Shown here one piece after another: positions 1 to 9,790 of a stretch of DNA of 64,000 bases (position 1 is the first letter of the stretch; every line of letters starts with the position of its first letter). A model generated the notes under the pieces. The model saw only the letters and a program-made list of their open reading frames with translations, ran no database searches and was not told the origin of the DNA. Origin of the DNA: Cystobasidiomycetes sp. EMM_F5 (taxonomy: Eukaryota); contig JBPGPT010000004.1 of assembly GCA_051047955.1 (NCBI GenBank), positions 434,001 to 498,000 of the forward strand. The letters are read 5' to 3'. The translations under genes and the position numbers were made by a program.

Positions 1-2
1 GT

Positions 3-1118
3 GATGCGGAAGCCCTGCGTTCTTTCCGCTTGGTCCACCCTAGGGTCGCCAAGTTGTGCGTCGACCTCGTTTACTCGAAGGACCACATAGTACCCGTGGA
101 AGAAAACTGCAAGGTCAAGTGGCCTAGCGTATACTACTTGTACCATCGAATGGGTCAGACCACGCCACATGTCGAGCTACGCCTCGGAATTTATGGCCTC
201 TGCTGCGCAAATTCCGATGAGCCGTGTTACATGTCCGGAAAAATCTGTAGTGGACAGTCCCTGCGTACTTTCGAAAAGTATGACAGCGTCGTCGCGGACT
301 ACGTCTCCAACGCCAAAGGCGTAAAGTCTTTCGAAATACACTTTTATAATGACTGTACTGTCTCGCAAAACGTCCCATTCTACCCGAAAGCACGCGCTGC
401 CATCTTTGGCCACCCAACAGCACTATATTTCAAAATATCGAACAGAGGAGATGTAGACCTACAAATACACACCGAAAATCTGAAACTCATGCGGTCGCCT
501 AAAGCTCTGAGGGTGCCGCATATGCACGGAACCTTCAGCGACGACAGATTGAACGCCGGACTGGCCTTTTATCAGGCTCTGGCTCACCAATCTACCTGGA
601 GCCAACTCGACCTTGCAATGCATACGAACCTTGGCACGCTCAGGTCAGACCCTGCTCCAAATCTTCCGCTCATCGCTGGACAGCCGTGGAGTCAGCTCAC
701 TTACTTCCGTCTGGACGGCGTTGATGACAGTCTTGAGAAATCCCTGCGGCCGTACATTGCTGCCAGTCTTAGCGCCTCCGCACCGACTCTGCAAAGCCTC
801 TGCGTATCAATGAACTTCATAATACAGTGTCGTAAAGGCACTACTTTCCGAGCTCTACAAAAATTGTGGTTGTCTGCGGAGTTCTTCAAAGGCTTTCCGA
901 CTGGCAAAGCGGAGCTGGATATCACATTTCCCGCGCTCGATTTCCTGGACATGGACGAGCAAGCTGCGTGTGAGGTTGCGCTTTGTCTTTTAGAGCGACC
1001 TACAGCTGTTCCAAGCTTGAAGAAGTTGGTCTTTTTTGCACCAGCAGGTGATGGTTTCGATAGGGTCGCAAAAGCATGTGCGTCACGAAACATTTTCTTC
1101 AAAGGGCGGACATACTAG
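3..1118 (+). CDS. 5'-partial hypothetical protein: Cys-containing N-terminal half plus leucine-rich-repeat-like C-terminal half
   Basis: Frame is open from position 3 to TAG at 1116-1118. The C-half has LxxLxL patterns (TLQSLCVS, ALQKLWLS, FPALDFLDM, PSLKKLVF) and ends 'VAKACASRNIFF', typical of fungal F-box/LRR proteins. The start lies upstream of the window. Confidence 0.55.
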   Translation, partial: DAEALRSFRLVHPRVAKLCVDLVYSKDHIVPVEENCKVKWPSVYYLYHRMGQTTPHVELRLGIYGLCCANSDEPCYMSGKICSGQSLRTFEKYDSVVADYVSNAKGVKSFEIHFYNDCTVSQNVPFYPKARAAIFGHPTALYFKISNRGDVDLQIHTENLKLMRSPKALRVPHMHGTFSDDRLNAGLAFYQALAHQSTWSQLDLAMHTNLGTLRSDPAPNLPLIAGQPWSQLTYFRLDGVDDSLEKSLRPYIAASLSASAPTLQSLCVSMNFIIQCRKGTTFRALQKLWLSAEFFKGFPTGKAELDITFPALDFLDMDEQAACEVALCLLERPTAVPSLKKLVFFAPAGDGFDRVAKACASRNIFFKGRTY

Positions 1119-1195
1119 CTGCCCGAGATAGTACTCAGTAACCGCGAGCCAGGCTGCTTTGTCTCTTTGGCTATGAGTACGCTCACACTCACAAT

Positions 1196-3491
1196 CTAGA
1201 AGTTTTCTTTCCCCCACACAAAGTTGGTGCCGTCTTCTCTCGCTTCCGAGTGTTTGTTACAATTCTGCACTCGATACAGATTTAGGCCTTTCTCTGTGAT
1301 CTCGTATCGCGCCTCTTACTGAATGTAGCTGGCTTCCTAGCGCTTTCGGTCCACAAAACAGAACGCCCACTCTGTGACGGCGAAATATCAGCACATGCAT
1401 CAGTTTCATGTTTGTACGGCTAGCTGACTCGGTGTCAGGATGCCGATCCTTGACGCGGCTGAAGATGGAGTCCCAATTGGGCCTGCCAAAATGGGTGGGT
1501 GCACGCAAACCGGTGATGGCATCCTTCTCTGATCCGACATCGCATACTTGAATATTGGTCAGATCATCGGCCTTGAGCTTCTGAGTGACGTATGTCATGA
1601 TTTCAATGGACTGTACGCAGCCCCTTCCGAATTAGCAACGTTAACCCGCATGTGACTCTGCCTACATTGTTTGTGTCTTGAGCCTCTATTGCGCCCAGTA
1701 GCGATCTGAACCATGATACTGATTCCGCTGCGAATCATTGGTGTCAATATGTCTATGCGTGCGTTATTAACGCTATTGCGACTACAGTATACGTACTATC
1801 ACGGCAGATATGTATAAAATAGACCTTTCGAAGTCTCGTCTTCTTTCGGCCAGAAGCAACGCCAGACTTGTCATTAAGGCGATACCAGATCGACTTCAAG
1901 ATGCTGGCAAACGGCGTCACGCCGATACCAGCAGCGCAGAGCATGACTACTTCGAATTTGTGGTAATCCTCGCTCGCTGAGCCAAATGGCCCGTCCACCA
2001 TAATGCGCGGTAGTATTACTTTGGCACTGTCGTTGTCAGACTGCCCATTGTCGGCAGCGACAGCCTTACCGTTGCTAGACGCCATCTTCGAAACTCCGAG
2101 AGCCTTGCCGAACTCATTCGTCCAGTCTCCTACCATTTTGAAGTTGACGGAGATGTAGTCCTCTTCAGGAGCCGATGTTAGGGTAAATGGATGCCATTGC
2201 CAATACGAGACGTCTGGGCAGTTGATGAAAATGTACTGGCCCGCTCTTGTAGTAATATGCTCCTTCTTGATCTGCACTTCGACTACTCCGCCTGGATGTT
2301 CTGGCTCACGCATACTTTCAGTGCACGATCTGCTAAGCCTTCAATTGGTACTCACGGATAACCTTGCTGATATACGTTCGATGCCGTGACCGTACCTCGC
2401 GCATGACACGCTCCAGTACAAATAATAGCCCAGACACGATGAAGTATTTCCAGAAAACCCCTATAGTATTGGAACTACAATAGGGAGGTCGGTCTGGCGG
2501 GATCATGCAGAACATGCCCTGGGTGAGAATGAGATCAGCCGTGATTTACCGATAAGTTGCAAACGTACATGCAATTGCCAGCAGACGAAGAATACGATGA
2601 ACAGATGGTGCGAGTACCAGAATCTGGCTCACCGCAAGTCCGTCAAGAGGGTTGCGTTGCTCGAATGTCACGTTCTCACCTCTCAAAATGCTTACGTCTC
2701 CGCTTTTCGACAGCAAACCAGACCATGACGAGCAATGCTGCCAGCATTATCCATCCTGTGATACCCGGCCCCGTGGCGAAGTTTGCCATAGCAAAACCTT
2801 GGACGACAGACATCCTTGATGAGCCACCTCCGATTCTTGCGAAATTCACCATATGTGCTGCGATATGAACAATACTGAAGAACAGGATTGACCATCCTAT
2901 AGCTTTGTGGAAGGTGATGCTGCAGGTAGTCGTTAGTTGGCACAGTTGGCGTCCAAGGATGAGTATAACCAACTTGGCATCGAAGGGGATAATGCTGTTT
3001 AGAGGCGTTCTCCGGACAAGAGTAATAAAGTTCCGACAAACTGGGAGCAGCAGGAAAGCCACGTCGACATAGAGCACGAGAGCCGATGCCCGCGCGATGG
3101 GATACGTTATACCAAAAGTGCGCCTGGCTCCTGTGAGATTATCGCTCATCTGATAGTTTACAAAACCCAATGCAAACACGAGCATGTGGAGAAGTAGCCA
3201 GACTGCGATGAAAACCTTTCTTGCGCCGTCGTTGATCAACCAGTGACTCAAACGCTGTCGCCAGGTAGTGTCGGCTGTGACTTTCTCCAAATCAACGTAA
3301 CCCTCGTTGTCCGACGGTTTCTTGAACAGGCCTTGGAGACGCCTGCTTTCGGTATGATTTCGACGCAGCTGGAGCGGGCGAGGGACGACGGCAGTCACCT
3401 GGGGGACTGGGGGCGGGCGAGCGGTAGCCTGATAGTATCTCGACGCCACCCTTTCACGGACGCGGTCTGCAAAGACGCTCAGCCGGTTCAT
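1196..3491 (-). CDS. noxB: NADPH oxidase, gp91phox/NoxB (Nox2) type, multi-exon
   Basis: Exons encode ferric-reductase TM segments, HPFTLTSAP (FAD), VDGPFG and AGIGVTPF (NADPH), GRPNW, and GVxFCGP. The N-terminal extension and C-terminal FVWGKENF (stop at 1196-1198) match fungal NoxB rather than NoxA. Confidence 0.92.
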
Positions 3492-3920
3492 GGATGGCTT
3501 GTTTCGGTCAGCACGATGTCAGTGGTCAGCTGCGAGATTGAGTATGGCACCAGCAGCGATGGATTAGAATGGCTGTTAATATGCCGAATATCGATGGGTA
3601 GCCTTGACAACTTGGCTCGTTCGCTGCGGGAAATGGCTGCGACCATTCGACTGCGGAAACGATAGATGGACTCGACGACGAGAACGGAGAGCCAACGGTG
3701 GGTGGACGTGTAAGATACATTGGATGGAACGACGGCCGCACTGCAGGTTACGATTCAAGAGAAGGGTGACTTCCACTCGCCGTTTCACCGGTATCGCTAT
3801 GCAAAACCGTACAACGCAGCAAAATTGACGTCCAGGAAGATACTGACACCTTCCATCTTAGCTGATGACTGACTTCTGAAGCTTGCTTGAAAGCAAATTG
3901 CCTAGAGCTGCAGTCGCCTC

Positions 3921-5057
3921 ATGCTACAGCTGCTGAATCTCGGCCGCGACATATTGAGCGAGATGTGCGAACATGTGCTCGCCGCAAGACACTGGGAAGC
4001 TCGCAAGAGGAACCGTCCTTTCCCAGTCGGAAAGGATCTCGACGCAATCATGATCTGTAGAACCCTCTTCGATGTTGGGTACCCTCTGCTGTTCCGGCGC
4101 ATCATCATCTTTGGCCATCCATTCTTTAAGCAAACAGTCGAAAGAATCAGTTCCTTCTTGTTGCAGAGACCCCATCTGACTCAGCAAACAATCTCCTGCC
4201 AACTATTGTGGGGTCAAATACCTGCGACAGATTGGCGAGACATTGTAACGCGCTATCATCGTCCACACACCTCCCAGCCGGCAGCACGTCTACTGCAGCA
4301 CGGTCTGCCGAACCTGCAAAGTCTTGACACTTTGTTCTCAAACAGTATCATCACTACGCCGACTGCACGCCTCCAGAAACTGCGAGTCGCCGTCGGGCTC
4401 GACGATCAGGATGCAATCTCCGGCATACTACAGCGACACGCTGCCACCATGCAGATACTGCAGTTGGGTAGAGCAGATTTCAGAAGTGACTCGATACAGG
4501 ATGTGTCTGTATACCGAACAATCACCTGCGTTCAGATGCCCCACCTTAGAACACTTTACTTACACAACGTCCGCCTGGAATCAGTCGATGGCAACGCTCT
4601 ACAGTTCAGCAATCTCCTAGAACTCCGTCTACATAATGGACATGCAGCCATTGTGGAGGTCATGTTGGCAGCAGTGCCGAATTTGATTGTTTTCGAGGCA
4701 ACAATGCTCTACATGTTCGAATCATCTGAACCCACTCTTCGCATCATCACAATCCTTTCGGATCGGCCGAGACTACAAGAATTATCCCTGGTTCGCTTGT
4801 TCTGGGACGATAAAGCACTACAGTTGCTGTCTGAGCTCCCATCTGCACTGCGCGTGGTGCACCTTCACTCGATCGACGTGCACGAAAATTGTCCCACAAC
4901 GCCTCTACTGCGACTCGTACGCAACCGGTCATGGCTACCGAACATCACTGAGTTCAGCTTTTCTTGGCGTCGACCGCGAGAGTTTGTGAATGAGACAAAG
5001 CGTCTCAGAGCAGCACTCGAAGTCCGCGGCGTGTCTGCTATAATTCCTGAACCTTAA
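3921..5057 (+). CDS. Divergent F-box-like/LRR-like protein (array member 1), intronless
   Basis: 378-aa ORF with the family N-terminal motif LLNLGRDILSEMC...FP..KDLDAIMICRTLFDVGYPLLFRRI, repeated LxxLxL units and a WLPNI motif. Confidence 0.7.
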   Translation: MLQLLNLGRDILSEMCEHVLAARHWEARKRNRPFPVGKDLDAIMICRTLFDVGYPLLFRRIIIFGHPFFKQTVERISSFLLQRPHLTQQTISCQLLWGQIPATDWRDIVTRYHRPHTSQPAARLLQHGLPNLQSLDTLFSNSIITTPTARLQKLRVAVGLDDQDAISGILQRHAATMQILQLGRADFRSDSIQDVSVYRTITCVQMPHLRTLYLHNVRLESVDGNALQFSNLLELRLHNGHAAIVEVMLAAVPNLIVFEATMLYMFESSEPTLRIITILSDRPRLQELSLVRLFWDDKALQLLSELPSALRVVHLHSIDVHENCPTTPLLRLVRNRSWLPNITEFSFSWRRPREFVNETKRLRAALEVRGVSAIIPEP

Positions 5058-5392
5058 AGGTCAGCGGGTGATAGCGGTCTACGGAATACCCGTGTACCGA
5101 GGCGCCGATTGGATATGTGCATGAAGCATCAGGACATCCTAAATCAGTAGGGCTGAGTAGTCTCCGTCCGCGAGTCCGCCTCTTCTGAAATGTGGCGTTG
5201 ATTCTCGACGATGGCCAAACATACGTTGTGCGGTCTTGCAGATCATCTTACAGTTGAACAGGCCAAAGTGGGAGTCATCGATGCGTCATGCGCTGCGGCC
5301 GAGTTCGGAAAGCTGTACTCTGCTGAGACTTGTCTATTTCACCTGCCTTACAGTCCCAACATCGCTCAAACTCCTCGCACTACAGTATTAAG

Positions 5393-6598
5393 ATGCCCAG
5401 CCTACTGCATCTTGGACGAGACGCGTTGACCGTAGTCTTCGACTGCGTTCTGGCTGCTGGCTACAAATGGAGCGAGGATAACAGAGTCAACACGGACGTG
5501 GATTCTTTTCCTCACACTTTTCCTGGCAGAAACGAGCGAGACTTGCTAATGATCAATAAGACTCTCTATCAAATCGTGAGAAATCTAGTCTACGAGAGAA
5601 TCTTGCTGGACTTCTCAACAAGTGCTGCAATAACCGCAGAGCTCTCGTCTTTCCTGCTACGCAGCCCGCCCATAGCAGGAGAGATTAAGTCGTTTGAATT
5701 TCGTTCGTACGAATATTCTGAGGGGGACGATCGCAACGCAAACCGATGTATGGACGTCCCTGTGCAACAGATGATGGCACTTCTGCAAAGCGGAGCGGTG
5801 AATCTCCAGCACCTCACTCTCATTGGCGACTGGTCGCCACTACCAGCACTTCTGGCGACGCGGCAACTCCGCTCCTTGACCTTGAAGATGTACAACTGCG
5901 CGATGACTGTCGTCTCTGGTGTCATTCAGCAGAACAGCAAAACTTTGGAAAAGCTCGTACTCGAAGAGAGAGCATGTGTTTGGGAGCACGACGAGCAGAC
6001 GGAGTCAATCTTGTTGGGTGTCAACGGCATGCCCCTACTTCGCTCGGTTTGCTTGAATGGAGTCTCCGCAACTAATCCAGACACTGCAAATACCTCGTTC
6101 CCGAAACTGGTGAGCATCCAGTCGTGCATTCGTTCGTCCTGGCTATGGCAGTCATCGGCCCATACACGGAACCTCTCAATCAGCCTGCAGCTGTGCGAAA
6201 CGCCGGATCAAGATGCGTGGAACTCCATGATGTTGACTGTACAAGCTCAACTTCCGCCCAGCCTAAAGAAGCTGAGGGTCGTCGGTCGCACGAGGGCCGT
6301 CGGTCTCTCATGCTGTGAGGACGAAGTGCAGAGCGCACCTCTTTCTTTACTCGCCGACTTGCCGACTAGCCTAGAGATTCTGGAATTGGAACATTTTGGC
6401 CAATCAACAACTTCACTAGTGCAGGAGCTACTCGCCAATCCTTACTGGCTACAGCATCTCTCGCAAATCAAAATTACCGCAGAACGTGTTTACGAGGACT
6501 ATTCTGACTATGATTCCTGCGGCACTAATGATACGTGCGACGATACGTTCGAGATGCGAACTGGTATTGATGGACAGCGATGTCTAGTCCGGTTATAG
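5393..6598 (+). CDS. Divergent F-box-like/LRR-like protein (array member 2), intronless
   Basis: ATG at 5393 (MPSLLHLGRDALTVVF); LRR-like body, acidic tail and GIDGQRCLVRL end. Confidence 0.75.
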   Translation: MPSLLHLGRDALTVVFDCVLAAGYKWSEDNRVNTDVDSFPHTFPGRNERDLLMINKTLYQIVRNLVYERILLDFSTSAAITAELSSFLLRSPPIAGEIKSFEFRSYEYSEGDDRNANRCMDVPVQQMMALLQSGAVNLQHLTLIGDWSPLPALLATRQLRSLTLKMYNCAMTVVSGVIQQNSKTLEKLVLEERACVWEHDEQTESILLGVNGMPLLRSVCLNGVSATNPDTANTSFPKLVSIQSCIRSSWLWQSSAHTRNLSISLQLCETPDQDAWNSMMLTVQAQLPPSLKKLRVVGRTRAVGLSCCEDEVQSAPLSLLADLPTSLEILELEHFGQSTTSLVQELLANPYWLQHLSQIKITAERVYEDYSDYDSCGTNDTCDDTFEMRTGIDGQRCLVRL

Positions 6599-6839
6599 AC
6601 AGGGCTGAGTAGTCTCCGTCCGCGAGTCCGCCTCTTCTGAAATGTGGCGTTGACTCTCGACAGCGGCCAGACATACGTTGCGCGGTCTTGCAGATCATCT
6701 TACAGTTGAACAGGCCAAGATGGGAGTCATCGATGCGTCATGCGCTGCGGCCGTGTTCGCAAAGCTGTACTCTGCTGAGACTTGTCTACTTCATCTGCCT
6801 TGCGGTCCCAACATCGCTCAGACCCGTCATACCATCGAG

Positions 6840-8036
6840 ATGCCTAGCTTACTACATCTTGGAGAAGACGTGTTGAGCGTGATCTTCAACTGCGTTCTGG
6901 CTTCTGGCTACGATTGGACTGAGCAGAGCATATTTACAACGCCCCTCCGTTTTCTTCCACGCACTTTTCCCGGGAGAAACGAGCGAGACTTGCTAATGAT
7001 CAACAAGGCTCTCTATCAAATCGCGACAAATTTATTGTATGAGAGAATCTTGCTGGACTACTCAACAAAGCTCAATGATCCGAACACCTTGGCACTTTCG
7101 TCCTTCCTGCTACGCAGCCCACACATCGCAGGAGAGATCAGGACATTTGAATTCCGATCGTACGAGCATTCTCGGGCGGCCAACCGCAACGCCATCCGAT
7201 GTATGGATGTGCCTGTGCAGCAGATGATGACGGTTCTGCAGGGCGGAGCGGTGAATCTCCAGCACCTCACTCTCATTGGCGACTGGTCGCCATTGCCAGC
7301 ACAACTAATAACGCGGCAACTCCGCTCCTTGACATTGAAGATGCGCAATTGCTCAATGACTGTCCTCCAGGGTGTCATCGATCAGAACAGCCAAACTTTG
7401 GAAAAGCTCGTAATCGAAGAGAGAGCATCTGGTTGGAACCGCGGCGAGCAGACAGAGTTAATCTCGTTGGAAGTCAACGGATTGCCCCTCCTTCGCTCAC
7501 TATCCTTGTATGGAGTCTGCGCACGCAAGCCAGACTCTGCAACTCCCTCTCTCCCAAAACTAGAGAGCATCGAGGCGTGCACCAGCTCGTCCTGGCTTTG
7601 GCAATCGTCGGCACATATTCGAAACCTGTCGATCAGGCTGCGCGAAACACCGGATCAAGATGCATGGAACTTCATGATGCTATCTGTACAAGCTCAACTT
7701 CCTCCCGGCCTAAGTAAACTAAGGCTCATCGGTGGCACGTGGTGTGAGGATATAAACCAGAAAATGCAGCGCGTACCTCTTTCTCTACTCGTCGACTTAC
7801 CGACAGGCCTACAGATTCTGGAGTTGAGACACCTTGGCCACTCGACTACCTTGCTGGTGCAGGAACTGCTCGCCGATCCTTGCTGGCTACACCACCTTTC
7901 GCAGATCAACATTACCGCAGACCATGTCTACGAGGACGATTCTGACTATGACTCTACAGCCACCAACGATACGTATGACGATACGTACGAGATGCAGACT
8001 GGTTTTGATGGACAGCGATGTCTAGTCCGGGTGTAG
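6840..8036 (+). CDS. Divergent F-box-like/LRR-like protein (array member 3), recent duplicate of member 2
   Basis: ATG at 6840 (MPSLLHLGEDVLSVIF); long blocks identical to member 2 (TFPGRNERDLLMINK, AVNLQHLTLIGDWSPLPA). An in-frame upstream ATG at 6720 is a possible alternative start. Confidence 0.75.
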   Translation: MPSLLHLGEDVLSVIFNCVLASGYDWTEQSIFTTPLRFLPRTFPGRNERDLLMINKALYQIATNLLYERILLDYSTKLNDPNTLALSSFLLRSPHIAGEIRTFEFRSYEHSRAANRNAIRCMDVPVQQMMTVLQGGAVNLQHLTLIGDWSPLPAQLITRQLRSLTLKMRNCSMTVLQGVIDQNSQTLEKLVIEERASGWNRGEQTELISLEVNGLPLLRSLSLYGVCARKPDSATPSLPKLESIEACTSSSWLWQSSAHIRNLSIRLRETPDQDAWNFMMLSVQAQLPPGLSKLRLIGGTWCEDINQKMQRVPLSLLVDLPTGLQILELRHLGHSTTLLVQELLADPCWLHHLSQINITADHVYEDDSDYDSTATNDTYDDTYEMQTGFDGQRCLVRV

Positions 8037-8381
8037 ACGTTTTCACTGAAGAGTCACTCCGCTTCTGTCACGCATACTTCCGCAAAGGAGCCATGATTGA
8101 CTGCTGTATGATTACGCTAGAAACGCACAGATCTCGCATCCCCGACAGAAAGGCGCTGCACAGTATCAGAATTGAAAAGATCATTGCCGCAATGGCCTTG
8201 CGATTGGCGACGATCAGGTAACATTCGTACCTGGCGGTGCATTGGGCGTGAAACAGTGCAGTCGTACGGCGGTTTCACACGCAAGGCTACAATTTGACTG
8301 AAAAACTTAATTCTCGTACCTTCGTCGCCTTGTTGTTCCCAGTCCAGTATTGTCTTCGCACTCAGGCTCCGAAAGATCAGC

Positions 8382-9539
8382 ATGACTAACCCTATGCGAT
8401 TGGGACATAACATATGGTCGATGATCTTCGATAAGCTACTTGAAGACCGCTTTAAACGTGCTCAGCGTCTCAGCCATCGCTCGCAACAATCCTTCCCGTC
8501 GGTAGAAGATCTACGTGTGCTCATCATCTCGAAACCCCTCTTTCGGATCGCTTATCCGCATCTTTTCGCTCGGCTTTTGCTCATTTGTCACAGCCACATC
8601 CACACCGCGCCTGGTCGACTCATGTCGTTTCTGACGACATCCCCGCAGCTCTCCCGTTACGTAAAGGTGGTCGAATTTCGAGCCCCGAAAAGCGTATTTT
8701 GGAGGGACATTAAGACACGAACGTTTCTTGCGGAACATGAACGGTTTCTTGGGTCTTTCCTGCATACAGGGGCGCCTAGCCTGCAACACCTGCTGATCAT
8801 TGGCTTTTGGAGCAATCTGCGTGCTGTTCCGGCTACGCGCTGCCTTCGTAGCATTAGCATGCAAATACCAGTAGGTACAGAAGAGATCGTCTCCGACCTG
8901 ATACAGAACAATCTTTCTAGTTTAGAGGAGGTGCACCTCACTCAGCAGCAAGACCAGTTCAGGCTGCCTGGCCCTCCAATCATGACGTCGATGACGATGG
9001 CTATTCACGCAATGCCGAGGCTCACCTCGCTTACAATGTGTGGTATTGCTATAGACCAACCAGCAGCGCACAAGTCTTTACTTTCTTTGGAGTCGGTTCA
9101 TGTTTTTGGTACATGGTGGCCATCCTGGATTATCGAGAATGCTGTGAATCTGCGAGACTTGCACATCGAATTACAAGGGAGTGATTTCAGCCAAACGGAC
9201 ATTCGGGACAGTATTACGAAGATGTCACGTTCACACCATTTGGATAAGCTTTCACTTGTCGGACCTGTATGGGCACACCTATCTTCAGAGTGTTTCGAGA
9301 CGGCGCTCTCAGCACTCCCGGAAACTCTCACGATACTTTATATTGACTTTATCAACGAAACAGCGCTCGTTGTCATCAATCGTCTGTTGAGTCAAGCATG
9401 GCTACCTCGGCTTGACCAATTCTCAGTAAAAGTCGGGCGCTTAGACGATCCAGGCGACGATTTTGATGATAGCATCACGGAGCTCTGGAATCTGTACGAG
9501 AATGACAGTGGATTGCGAAGGCTCGTACTTTATCGTTGA
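8382..9539 (+). CDS. Divergent F-box-like/LRR-like protein (array member 4), intronless
   Basis: 385-aa ORF with MRLGHNIWSMIFDKLL...FPSVEDLRVLIISKPLFRIAYPHLFARL, WLPRL, an acidic tail and DSGLRRLVLYR. Confidence 0.72.
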   Translation: MTNPMRLGHNIWSMIFDKLLEDRFKRAQRLSHRSQQSFPSVEDLRVLIISKPLFRIAYPHLFARLLLICHSHIHTAPGRLMSFLTTSPQLSRYVKVVEFRAPKSVFWRDIKTRTFLAEHERFLGSFLHTGAPSLQHLLIIGFWSNLRAVPATRCLRSISMQIPVGTEEIVSDLIQNNLSSLEEVHLTQQQDQFRLPGPPIMTSMTMAIHAMPRLTSLTMCGIAIDQPAAHKSLLSLESVHVFGTWWPSWIIENAVNLRDLHIELQGSDFSQTDIRDSITKMSRSHHLDKLSLVGPVWAHLSSECFETALSALPETLTILYIDFINETALVVINRLLSQAWLPRLDQFSVKVGRLDDPGDDFDDSITELWNLYENDSGLRRLVLYR

Positions 9540-9790
9540 AGTCGTAACATCCATACACACATAAAGAGGGGTACTGTCATATTGGTATGCCTGGGATGAT
9601 CACAAGGGCCCTTAACGGTCGATACTGCCTCGGCTAGACGGACATACGCAATAGGTACTGACGGACCACTGACCGTTCGACATCGAATCATAGACTAAAT
9701 CAGCGGCACATCCCCAAGCTTCTCTTTCAACGTATGCATATGTCTCAATCCGCCTGCTGGGTTTGATTGCTAGTACACTCAGCTTCCTTA

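Larger units (their letters stand above)
5149..8039 (+). repeat. Direct tandem duplication, two units of about 1.45 kb (about 5149-6600 and 6601-8039)
   Basis: AGGGCTGAGTAGTCTCCGTCCGCGAGTCCGCCTCTTCTGAAATGTGGCGTTGA occurs at 5149 and at 6601, and similarity continues through both ORFs to their stops. Confidence 0.95.

Noticed and set aside
5149..8039. Long direct repeats as possible LTRs of a retroelement
   Set aside because: The repeats abut each other and each contains a whole gene; there are no TG...CA ends and no gag or pol
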